From: an uncultured Microthrixaceae bacterium
Lineage (GTDB): Bacteria > Actinomycetota > Acidimicrobiia > Acidimicrobiales > VFJN01
Length of the DNA: 64,000 bases
Reading direction: 5' to 3'
Assembly: GCA_963750645.1 (NCBI GenBank)
Contig: CAVVRO010000005.1
Location: 389,477 to 453,476, forward strand
Shown: positions 28,233 through 36,771 of the stretch, piece after piece
Numbering within the stretch: the stretch's first letter is position 1
How the letters are laid out: the number at the start of each line of letters is the position of its first letter
Notes under the pieces: generated by a model
The model's database searches: none
What the model was told of the DNA's origin: nothing
The model's input: only the letters and a program-made list of their open reading frames with translations
Translations under genes and position numbers: made by a program

Positions 28233-30380
28233 GTGAGCCGACCCGATGCAGCGGCCCAGTGGCTGTCGGCGGGCCGTAGGTTCCTCGTGATCGCGGGCCT
28301 CACGGGCTTCGCGATCAGCCAGCCGCTCCTGTCGGTGCTCGGCGACGATCCGACGACCCTCGCCGTCCACGGCGTCGAGGGCGTCTCCCTCCTCCTCGTC
28401 GCCATCTGCATCGCGCTCGTGCCACCGCTCTGCCTGTGGGCGCTCGTCAGCGCGGTCGGGCTGACCCACGCGCGAGCCGGACGGCTCCTCCACCTGCTCA
28501 TCGTGGCCGCGCTCGTGGGCTGCTTCGTCGTGCAGGTCGCGAAGGCCGCGGGCCTCGACCAGGCGGCCGCGCTCGCCCTCATCGCCACCGCCACCGGAGC
28601 TGCGTTCGCCGTCGCCCACGTGCGGTTCGGGGCGGTGACCACCTGGGCGGCGTACACCGCTGTCCTGCCGGCGCTCGCGGCGGCCGCGTTCGTGCTCGCG
28701 TCGCCGGCGTCCGCGCTCCTCAGCTCGCCCGAGGCGCCGGATCCGGTCGCGACCGGAGGCGACCACCCCTCCGTGGTCCTCATCATCCTCGACGAGCTGC
28801 CCACCCGGTCGCTCCTCGACGCGGCGGGCGAGATCGACCGAGCGCGGTTCCCGAACCTCTCTGCCTTCGCCGACGACGCGACCTGGTATCGCCACAGCTC
28901 GGCGCTGGCGCCGCTCACGAGCGCCGCCGTCCCCGCGCTGCTCACGGGCCGACTTCCGACGACCGACCCCGCGCTCTTCACCCACCATCCGGACAACCTC
29001 TTCACCCTGCTGGCCCCCACGCACGAGCTCGAGGTCCTGGAGTCCGTGACGACGCTGTGTCCGTACGACAGCTGCGCCCCGACGGCGACCGCGGCCGATG
29101 GCAGCCACCGGGCCGTCGACGACGGGGCACCCGGCCTGCGTGACCTCGCCGACCTGACGGTCGACCTGTGGTTCGAGCGCGTCTCGCTCGGGCCGGACGA
29201 GCCCGCCACCCTCGACGACTTCGCGGAGGACCTCGCCCCCGTGGCCGACGGTGCCCCGGCGAAGACGTCCGCGACCACCTCGGAAGGGTTCGGTGGGTGG
29301 AGCGACACGGCGATGGCAGCGACCTCGGCGCGGGCACAGGCGCTGCTCGACTCGTTCGACGCGGACAAGGGGCCGACCCTCTACTACTTGCACCTCATGC
29401 TCCCCCACCAGCCGTGGGGCCGGCGACCCGATGGTGAGCGCTACGACGTTGTCGACCCCATCTTCATGACGCTGCCGGAGGAAGACCGCCTCAGCCCCTA
29501 CTCGTGGAGCGACTGGGTCGCCGCCGTGAGCGAGCAACGTCACCTCCTCCAGGCGCAGTACGCCGATCGCCTCGTCGGCGAGCTGATGGAGGGGCTCCAA
29601 GCCCAGGGCCTGTACGAGGACTCGCTCGTCATCGTGACGTCCGACCATGGAGCGTCGTTCGAGTCGCGCACCGACGCTCGCCTCGTGACCGACTCGACCA
29701 TCGACTCGATCGCCTACGCGCCGCTCCTGGTGAAGGCGCCCGGCCAGCACGAGGGCGTCATCGACGACTCCAACCTGATGTCGTTCGACCTCGTCCCGAC
29801 GATCGCGGACATCCTCGACCTGCCGATCGGCTGGGACGTCGACGGCGCCCCCGCGGGCTCGCCGGCCATCGCGGCCCGGGGCGACGAGAAGCTCATCTAC
29901 GACCTCGAGGGCCTCACCGGGCTCGAGCTCGACGAGATCCTCGAGTGGCATGACAGCGACCGGTTCCCCAGCGCGGCCGACCGTTGGATCGGTCCGCTCC
30001 GCGACCCTGCAGACGCGCTCTCGGGTCTCAACGCCCTGCTCGACCTCGACGACGTCCTCGGCGCCCGACTCGACGATCTCGATCCTGTCGAGGGCGGTGA
30101 GGCCCAGATCGAGCGCCTCGAGCGGCTCGTGCACCCCCCGTCGGATCGACCCCTCCTGGGTCTCGTGACCGGGCGCGTGCCAGGGGCACCGCGCGGTGCC
30201 GAGGTGGTGATCGCCATCGACGGGGTGGTGGTCGGCGGGTCGAAGCTGTCCACCGACTCCGATGGTCGTGACGGTCGCATCGCCGTGCTGCTCCCGCAGG
30301 GCGTGCTCGATGAGGACAACGACGTCCGTGCCGCGCTGATCGTCGACGGCCAGGTGCGCGAGCTCGAGGTGGGCGTCTGA
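28233..30380 (+). CDS. membrane-anchored alkaline-phosphatase-superfamily enzyme (LtaS/EptA-like phosphotransferase rather than sulfatase), copy 1
   Basis: 715 aa. GTG start 3 nt after the glpK stop. About 5 N-terminal TM helices. VVLIILDELPTRSLLD (metal Asp), APLTSAAVPALLTG (Thr nucleophile-like; no C/S-x-P-x-R), LVIVTSDHG. Also a roughly 200-aa C-terminal domain I cannot assign. Confidence 0.75.
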   Translation: MSRPDAAAQWLSAGRRFLVIAGLTGFAISQPLLSVLGDDPTTLAVHGVEGVSLLLVAICIALVPPLCLWALVSAVGLTHARAGRLLHLLIVAALVGCFVVQVAKAAGLDQAAALALIATATGAAFAVAHVRFGAVTTWAAYTAVLPALAAAAFVLASPASALLSSPEAPDPVATGGDHPSVVLIILDELPTRSLLDAAGEIDRARFPNLSAFADDATWYRHSSALAPLTSAAVPALLTGRLPTTDPALFTHHPDNLFTLLAPTHELEVLESVTTLCPYDSCAPTATAADGSHRAVDDGAPGLRDLADLTVDLWFERVSLGPDEPATLDDFAEDLAPVADGAPAKTSATTSEGFGGWSDTAMAATSARAQALLDSFDADKGPTLYYLHLMLPHQPWGRRPDGERYDVVDPIFMTLPEEDRLSPYSWSDWVAAVSEQRHLLQAQYADRLVGELMEGLQAQGLYEDSLVIVTSDHGASFESRTDARLVTDSTIDSIAYAPLLVKAPGQHEGVIDDSNLMSFDLVPTIADILDLPIGWDVDGAPAGSPAIAARGDEKLIYDLEGLTGLELDEILEWHDSDRFPSAADRWIGPLRDPADALSGLNALLDLDDVLGARLDDLDPVEGGEAQIERLERLVHPPSDRPLLGLVTGRVPGAPRGAEVVIAIDGVVVGGSKLSTDSDGRDGRIAVLLPQGVLDEDNDVRAALIVDGQVRELEVGV

Positions 30381-30391
30381 CCCCGCGCGCC

Positions 30392-32541
30392 GTGTACCCA
30401 GGCACCTCGATGTGGCCATCGCCAGGCCGGCAGCTGCTCGTGCTGGCAGGCCTCACCGGCTTCGCCATCAGCCAGCCGCTCCTGTCGATCCTCGGCGATA
30501 GCCCGACGATCCTCGCGTTCTACGGGATCGAGGGCCCCCAGCTGGTGGCCCTCGCAGCCCTCCTCGCGTTCGGGCCGCCGCTCGTGCTGTGGTGCATCAC
30601 GCGCGCCGCCGCGCTGACGGGACGGCGCTCGGATCGGGCCCTCCACCTCCTCACCGTCGGCGGCCTCATGGCGCTGCTCACGGTCCAGGTCGCGAAGGGC
30701 GCCGGGCTGCACCAGCCGCTCGTCGTGCTGCTGGCGGCGTTCGTCGCCGGCGTCGCTTTCGCCATCGCCTATGTGCGGGTGGCGGCCATCGCCGCCTGGG
30801 CCGCCTACACCGCCATCCTCCCGCTCATGGCGGCGGGTGCCTTCCTGCTCGCGTCGCCGGCGTCCGCCCTTCTGCGGTCACCCGCGGCTCCAGACCGGGT
30901 GCGCAGCGCCGAGGCGCCCGCATCGGTCGTGCTCATCGTCCTGGACGAGCTACCCACCCGGTCGCTCCTCGACGCGGATGACCAGATCGACCGCTCGCGC
31001 TTCCCGAACCTGGCCGCCCTCGGTGACGAGGCCACCTGGTACCGCCACTTCACGACGCTCGCCCCGCTGACCGCCGCCGCCGTCCCGTCTCTGCTCACCG
31101 GCACGAACCCCACCGAGGAGGAGGGCACCTGGGCCAACCACCCCGACAACCTGTTCAGCCTGCTCGCCCCGACCCACGAGCTCGAGGTGCTCGAGTCCGC
31201 CACACGGCTCTGCCCCTACGACACGTGCGCGCCCACGGTCGGCGGCGATGCCGTCGGCCGCGAAGCGGCCGACGTGGACGTCAGCGCCCCCACGCCGGGT
31301 GACCTGATGGGCGTGACGTGGGACCTGTGGCTCGATCGGCTGTCACTCGGCCCTGAGGAGCCGGCAACCCTCGACGACTTCGGCGAGGAGGTCAGTGTGG
31401 CCGATGCGCCCGCGGAGCCGACCGGGCCGTCGATCACGGTCCCCGCGCAGGCGGCGCCTCCGCCGGACCGGCGAGTGCTCGCGACGTCGGCGCGCGCCGA
31501 TGGGCTCATCGAGTCCTTCGACGCCGGCAAGGGACCGGCGCTGTACTTCCTCCACCTCATCCTCCCCCACCAGCCGTGGCACCTGTACCCCGATGGCAGC
31601 ACCTACGACATGCTCGACCCGAAGGAGCTGGCACTGCCCGTCGCCGACCAGCGGCTCCTGTTCTCGTGGAGCTCCTGGACGAGCGCGGTGAGCGAGCAGC
31701 GGCACCTGCTGCAGACGGAGTACACGGACCGGGTCGTCGGCCAGGTGATGGACGGCCTCCGCGCGGAGGGGTTGTACGACGACTCGCTCGTCATCGTGAC
31801 GGCCGACCATGGGGTGTCGTTCGAGTCCGACACCGCGAGCCGGAACGTGGTGCCTTCGACGGTCGATGCCATCGCGTACGCGCCACTGCTCGTCAAGGCA
31901 CCGGACCAGCACGAGGGCGTCGTCGACGACAGCAACGTCACGACGGTGGACGTCCTGCCGACGATCGCCGACCTCCTCGGCCTCGAGATCTCCTGGCCCG
32001 TCGACGGCGCCGCAGCCGGATCGCCCGGCGTGGAGGCGCGGGACGCGACAAGGAGATCTACGACATGATCGGGCTCGGCGGCCTCGAGATCCGCGGCATC
32101 CTCGAGTTCGACGATCGCGCCGCCTTCGCCACGGTGGGCGATCGGTGGGTCGGCCCGCTGCGAGACCCCGACCAGCCCCTGTCGGCCCTCGACGCGCTCC
32201 TCGGGCTGGACTGGGTGCTGGGCCAGCCGCTCGACGACGCGGTGACCGCGCGGGGTGGTTCGGTGCACCTCGACTGGCTCGATGCCCTCCGCCACCCGCC
32301 CCCCGATGGCGTCAGGATCGGGGTCGTGACGGGCATCGTGCCGGACGCCCCACGCGACGCGAAGCTGGTGCTGGCGATCGATGGGGTCGTGGTCGGCGGC
32401 TCGGAGCTGTCGACGGACTCCGATGGCCGTGCCGGTCGCATCGCCGTGCTGCTCCCGCCCGGCGTGCTCGACGCGCAGAACGACGTCCGTGCCGCGCTGG
32501 TCGTGGACGGCGAGGTGCGTGAGCTGCAGGTGGAGGGCTAG
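30392..32541 (+). pseudogene. paralogous LtaS/EptA-like membrane enzyme, copy 2, frame broken once near 32.04 kb
   Basis: Collinear with copy 1 (VVLIVLDELPTRSLLD, APLTAAAVPSLLTG, LVIVTADHG, ...GRAGRIAVLLPPGVLDAQNDVRAALVVDGEVRELQV). The C-terminal about 165 aa continue in another frame (DKEIYDMIGLGGLEIRGILEFDD...). The span is 3n+2. Confidence 0.75.
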
Positions 32542-32675
32542 TGCCCGGGCGCCACGGACGTCGTCCGGGCGCCGCCGGTGGGCTGACGCCACGCGACCAT
32601 CGTGATGCGGCCGACCGTCGGCACTGGCTTCGGGGTGGGCTGCCGGCTTCCGCCGGTCGGGGTGACGTAGGGCAT
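32538..32675 (-). CDS. candidate 45-aa Pro/Thr/Gly-rich small protein
   Basis: ATG 32675 lies 7 nt after GAGGAG, which overlaps the upstream gene's TGA. About 41 of 44 third positions are G/C. MPYVTPTGGSRQPTPKPVPTVGRITMVAWRQPTGGARTTSVAPGH. No homology judgement is possible. Confidence 0.3.
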   Translation of the reverse strand: MPYVTPTGGSRQPTPKPVPTVGRITMVAWRQPTGGARTTSVAPGH

Positions 32676-32686
32676 GCGATGGCTCC

Positions 32687-33367
32687 TCAGCGGGCGACGG
32701 ACGGGTGGTTGACGAAGGACGAGTAGCGGAGGATCTCCCGCAGTCGGGTGTCCACGATCCGGGCGAGAGCGGCGATCTGACGCCGCTCCCGCGCTCGGTA
32801 GGCCGTGCCGTGGCGGCCGACGACGAGGGCCAGGCACGCGGATGGGAGCGGCGACCACACGACGTCGTCGGGGCCGGTCTCACCGGACGCGACCCGCGCC
32901 GACGAGCGGCTGCCCTCGACGAAGGCGACCAGCCACGGCGTCGGTGGCACGGGTCCCTCCTGGGCCAGCACGGCGCCGTCGTCGAGGTGCACCACGGCCG
33001 ACCACTCGGCGCCGACCACCCGCCGGGCGTGGTCGACGACCGCCTGCACGAGCTCGTTGCGGTCGGTCGCCCCCACGAGGATCGCGGCGGTCTCGAGGGC
33101 GTCGAGGCGGGGATCGTGCAGGGCGTCGGCGACCGGGCGGACCTCCTCGACGTCCACCCCGTCCACCTGCTGGATCTCGGCCACGAGGAGCTCCTGGAGC
33201 GACCCGTCCGGGAGCTCGACCACCAGCTCGTCGATCGCCCGGCCGGCGCCTCGCTCGAGGATGTCGATGCCGACGATCTCACCTCGGACGGCACCGATGC
33301 GGCTGGCGACCTGGCCCAGCGCGCCCGGGCGGTCCGGCAGCCACATGCGTACGACGTAGGTCTCCAT
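32687..33367 (-). CDS. ACT domain protein with a GAF-like C-terminal region
   Basis: ATG 33367 (METYVVRMWLPDRPGALGQVASRIGAVRGEIVGIDIL...). TAGGTT box 7 nt upstream, so probably leaderless. Confidence 0.6.
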   Translation of the reverse strand: METYVVRMWLPDRPGALGQVASRIGAVRGEIVGIDILERGAGRAIDELVVELPDGSLQELLVAEIQQVDGVDVEEVRPVADALHDPRLDALETAAILVGATDRNELVQAVVDHARRVVGAEWSAVVHLDDGAVLAQEGPVPPTPWLVAFVEGSRSSARVASGETGPDDVVWSPLPSACLALVVGRHGTAYRARERRQIAALARIVDTRLREILRYSSFVNHPSVAR

Positions 33368-33424
33368 GGCGGGGAACCTACGGAGGGCATGTGAACCACG
33401 TGTTTCCCACGGGGCACGGGACCG

Positions 33425-33472
33425 AGAACGGACCTCGCCCGTTCTTGACCGCACAGTCAAGTGGAGTACCGT
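33425..33472 (+). promoter_or_regulatory. candidate TetR promoter/operator: AGAACGG-N7-CCGTTCT and CTTGAC-N6-GTCAAG inverted repeats, -35 TTGACC, -10 TACCGT
   Basis: IRs at 33425-33445 and 33444-33461. TTGACC at 33445-33450, then a 16-nt spacer, then TACCGT at 33467-33472, which is 7 nt before ATG 33480. Confidence 0.45.
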
Positions 33473-33479
33473 TCGCCGC

Positions 33480-34067
33480 ATGGCACGGCGGCTGACGCAG
33501 CGCGGCAAGGAGCGGCGCGAGCAGCTGATGGCCTATGCAGCAACCCGCTTCGCGGAGCAGGGTTACCACCCCACCTCGGTCAGCGAGATCGTCTCGGGGC
33601 TCGGCGTGGGCAAGGGCGTCTTCTACTGGTACTTCGACTCCAAGGAGCAGCTGTTCCTGGAGATCCTGAAGGAGGCCCAGACGGACCTCCGCCGCAAGCA
33701 GCAGCAGGCGATCGGCGACGAGGACGACCCCGTTCGTCGCATCGAGCTGGGCCTCCGGGCCTCGATGGAGTGGTCCGAGGCCCACCGCGACCACAACAAG
33801 CTGATCCAGTTCGCCGCCACGGAGGCGACGTTCGTGACCGCGTTGCTGCGCGGCCAGGACATCGCGGTGGCCGACGTCGTCAAGCACGTGAAGGAGGCCA
33901 TCGCGCAGGGTCGCATCCGCGACGCCGACCCTGACGTGCTCGCGCACGCCATGGTCGGCGTGGTCGCTCACCTCACGCGGATCTTCATCTACGAGCGTGG
34001 CGACCCCGCCGAGACGGTCGCGGACGCGGCGGTCGCGTTCTGCCTCGAGGGCCTGAGCCCGTCCTAG
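33480..34067 (+). CDS. TetR/AcrR family transcriptional regulator
   Basis: 195 aa, HTH GYHPTSVSEIVSGLGVGKGVFYWYFDSKEQLF. Confidence 0.88.
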   Translation: MARRLTQRGKERREQLMAYAATRFAEQGYHPTSVSEIVSGLGVGKGVFYWYFDSKEQLFLEILKEAQTDLRRKQQQAIGDEDDPVRRIELGLRASMEWSEAHRDHNKLIQFAATEATFVTALLRGQDIAVADVVKHVKEAIAQGRIRDADPDVLAHAMVGVVAHLTRIFIYERGDPAETVADAAVAFCLEGLSPS

Positions 34068-34076
34068 CCTCTCGGG

Positions 34077-35264
34077 TCACCCGAGCTTTGTCAGCGCCTT
34101 CTTCAGGTTGCGCATGCCCTGCGTGATGCGCTGCTCGTTCTCGATGAGAGCGAAGCGCACGAAGCCGTCGCCATCGGGACCGAAGCCGACGCCCGGCGAC
34201 GTGGCGACCTGCGCCTCGCGCACCAGCATCGATGCGAACTCGATCGAGCCCATCTCGCGGTAGGGCTCCGGGATGGGGGCCCACGCGAACATCGTGCCCT
34301 TCGGCCGGCGCATGTCCCAGCCCATGCGATCGAGGCCGTCACAGAGCGCGTCGCGCCGGGTCTGGTAGATCGCCCCCACCTCGCGGGGGAAGTCGACCGC
34401 TTCGTTCAGGGTGACCGTGGTGGCGATCTGGATCGGCTGGAAGGCCCCGTAGTCGAGGTAGGACTTGAGCTTGGCCAAGGCCTGCACGACCTCGCGGTTG
34501 CCGGCCAGGAACGCCATGCGCCAACCGGCCATCGAGAACGACTTCGTCATCGAGTACAGCTCGACGGCGCACTCCTTGGCCCCCTCCGCCTGGAGGATCG
34601 AGGGCGGATCCCAGCCGTCGAAGCCCAGCTCCGCGTAGGCGTTGTCGTGGACGACGATGACGTCGTTGGCGCGTGCGAAGTCGACGAGCTCCTGGAAGAA
34701 GTCGAGCTCGACACAGGCCGTGGTGGGGTTGTGCGGGAACGAGCAGACGATGACCTTCGGCCTCGGCCAGGAGTGCTCGAAGACGTACTGGATGCGCTCG
34801 AGGAGCTGCCCCTCGTCGTTGGCGGCGGTGGTCATGGGCACCTCGCGCACCGCGGCACCCGCGAACAGCGGACCCCAGATGTGGATCGGATACGAGGGCG
34901 ACGGCACCATGCACGCGTCGCCAGGGCCGAGCAGCACCCACATGAGGTGGCTGAAGCCCTCTTTGGCGCCGATGGTGGAGATGACCTCGGTGTCGGGGTC
35001 GAGCTCGACGCCGAAGCGACGCTCGTAGAGGCCGGCGACCGCCTCGCGCAGCTTGGGGATCCCCCGGCTCGCGGAGTAGCGGTGGTTGCGGGTGTTGCGG
35101 GCCGCCTCGCACAGCTTGTCGACCGCGATCTCCGGCGACGGGATGTCGGGGTTGCCGAAGCCGAGGTCGATGACGTCCTGACCGGCCCGCCGCGCCTCGA
35201 TCTTCAGGCCGTCGATGATCGTGAAGACGTACGGGGGCATCCCGTTGATGCGGCGGAACTCCAT
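34077..35264 (-). CDS. class I/II PLP-dependent aminotransferase (AlaT-like)
   Basis: ATG 35264 (MEFRRINGMPPYVFTIIDGLK...). GFGNPD, HRYSASRGIP, SMTKSFSMAGWRMAF (PLP lysine). Confidence 0.88.
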   Translation of the reverse strand: MEFRRINGMPPYVFTIIDGLKIEARRAGQDVIDLGFGNPDIPSPEIAVDKLCEAARNTRNHRYSASRGIPKLREAVAGLYERRFGVELDPDTEVISTIGAKEGFSHLMWVLLGPGDACMVPSPSYPIHIWGPLFAGAAVREVPMTTAANDEGQLLERIQYVFEHSWPRPKVIVCSFPHNPTTACVELDFFQELVDFARANDVIVVHDNAYAELGFDGWDPPSILQAEGAKECAVELYSMTKSFSMAGWRMAFLAGNREVVQALAKLKSYLDYGAFQPIQIATTVTLNEAVDFPREVGAIYQTRRDALCDGLDRMGWDMRRPKGTMFAWAPIPEPYREMGSIEFASMLVREAQVATSPGVGFGPDGDGFVRFALIENEQRITQGMRNLKKALTKLG

Positions 35265-35294
35265 GAGTGGAGGGTACTGGGCCAAGATCGTGAG

Positions 35295-35792
35295 GTGAGC
35301 AACGAGATCGACGTCGTCATCGAGATCCCCCGGGGCAGCCGCAACAAGTACGAGTACGACCACGAGAAGCACATCATGCGGCTCGACCGCCGGTTGTTCA
35401 CGGCGACGACGTATCCGGCCGACTACGGCTTCATCCCGGACACGCTCTCCGAGGACACCGATCCGCTCGACGCCCTCGTGCTGCTCGACGACCCGACCTT
35501 CCCTGGCTGCTGGGTGGCCGCGCGCCCCGTGGGGGTCTTCTGGATGACCGACGACGCCGGCCCCGACGCCAAGATCATCTGCGTGCCGTCCGGCGATGCG
35601 CGCTGGGAGCACGTCACCGATCTCGACGGCCTCCCGGACCACCTCACCGACGAGATCAGCCACTTCTTCGAGGTGTACAAGGCCCTCGAACCCGAGAAGT
35701 ACTCCAGCGTGCGCGGCTGGGAGGGCGCCGAGGCGGCCTGGCAGGAGATCGAGGACTGCCGGCGGAGATACCTCGCCCACGACACCACCTAG
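35295..35792 (+). CDS. ppa: inorganic pyrophosphatase (family I)
   Basis: GTG 35295. VVIEIPRGSRNKYEYD, YPADYGFIPDT, DPLDALVL. Confidence 0.9.
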   Translation: MSNEIDVVIEIPRGSRNKYEYDHEKHIMRLDRRLFTATTYPADYGFIPDTLSEDTDPLDALVLLDDPTFPGCWVAARPVGVFWMTDDAGPDAKIICVPSGDARWEHVTDLDGLPDHLTDEISHFFEVYKALEPEKYSSVRGWEGAEAAWQEIEDCRRRYLAHDTT

Positions 35793-35800
35793 TGTGACCG

Positions 35801-35818
35801 CCTGACGCTGGCGTCAGG
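35801..35818 (+). terminator. short hairpin 8 nt after the ppa stop
   Basis: 'cctgacg-ctgg-cgtcagg' followed by tt. Confidence 0.3.
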
Positions 35819-35847
35819 TTCGGCGCCGCCGCACCACGAGGAGACCC

Positions 35848-36750
35848 ATGGGCGACTACCAGTTCCTGCAGTACGAGACCCACGACGACGGCGCCATCGT
35901 GCGGATCCTCCTCGATCGCCCCGAGGCCCGCAACGCCCAGAACCGCGGCCTGCTCGTCGAGCTCGACGAGGCCTTCCTGCGTGCGGAGGCGGACGACACC
36001 TGTCGCGTCGTCATCCTCGGCGGCACCGGCCCGCTCTTCTCCTCCGGCCACGACATGGGCTCCAAGGTCGCGATGGAGGAGTACCAGTCCCACCCCACGT
36101 GGCAGATCAACGGCGGGACCCGCGACGGGGCCGAGCGGATGGTGCTCCAGGAGTGGCACTACTACTTCGAGAACACGCGCCGGTGGCGCAACCTCCGCAA
36201 GATCACCATCGCCCAGGTGCAGGGCACCGTCTACGCCGCCGGCCTGATGCTGATGTGGGCGTGCGACCTGATCGTGGGCTCGGACGACGTGCTGTTCGCT
36301 GACGTGGTCGGGACCCGCCTCGGCATGTGCGGTCTCGAGTACTTCGCCCACCCGTGGGAGCTCGGGGCGCGCAAGACGAAGGAGCTCATGCTCACCGGCG
36401 ACAGCATCGACGTCCACGAGGCCCACCGCCTCGGGATGGTGTCGAAGGTGTTCCCGCGTGACGAGCTGGAGGACTCGACGCTCGAGTTCGCTCGCCGCAT
36501 CGCGCGCCTCCCGACGATGACGGCCCTGTTGATCAAGGAGTCCGTGAACGAGACCCAGGACAACCAGGGCTTCTACAACAGCCTGAACGCCTGCTTCACG
36601 CTTCACCAGCTCAACCACTCCCACTGGGCGCAGATCCACGACGACAAGTACCCGGCGGCCAAGCCCGAGGACGGCATCCCGTCCTGGAAGGAAGCACCTC
36701 CGATCGTCCCCGCCGAGAAGACGACGGTCAGGGCCGCCGACCGTTCCTGA
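35848..36750 (+). CDS. enoyl-CoA hydratase/isomerase (crotonase) family protein
   Basis: 300 aa with ILLDRPEARNAQN...VVILGGTGPLFSSGHDMG... Confidence 0.88.
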   Translation: MGDYQFLQYETHDDGAIVRILLDRPEARNAQNRGLLVELDEAFLRAEADDTCRVVILGGTGPLFSSGHDMGSKVAMEEYQSHPTWQINGGTRDGAERMVLQEWHYYFENTRRWRNLRKITIAQVQGTVYAAGLMLMWACDLIVGSDDVLFADVVGTRLGMCGLEYFAHPWELGARKTKELMLTGDSIDVHEAHRLGMVSKVFPRDELEDSTLEFARRIARLPTMTALLIKESVNETQDNQGFYNSLNACFTLHQLNHSHWAQIHDDKYPAAKPEDGIPSWKEAPPIVPAEKTTVRAADRS

Positions 36751-36771
36751 CGCGGCTGTTAGATTCCGGTC

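Larger units (their letters stand above)
28233..32541 (+). repeat. tandem duplication of a roughly 2.15-kb gene (the two LtaS/EptA-like paralogues)
   Basis: The two protein sequences align end to end, including the TM region and the unusual C-terminal domain. Confidence 0.75.

Noticed and set aside
28277-28283. TAGGTTC copy inside LtaS-like copy 1 as an internal promoter or alternative start (GTG 28287)
   Set aside because: The gap to the GTG is only 4 nt. The paralogue lacks the motif at the equivalent position, and the upstream codons align with the paralogue, so it is probably a chance occurrence.
26730-30419. 1229-aa ORF on the minus strand, the longest in the ORF track
   Set aside because: It is antisense to glpK and LtaS-like copy 1, which have unmistakable family motifs. 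Its product is Arg/Gly/Pro/Ala-rich low-complexity sequence with no motifs, the expected shadow ORF of a high-GC3 genome.
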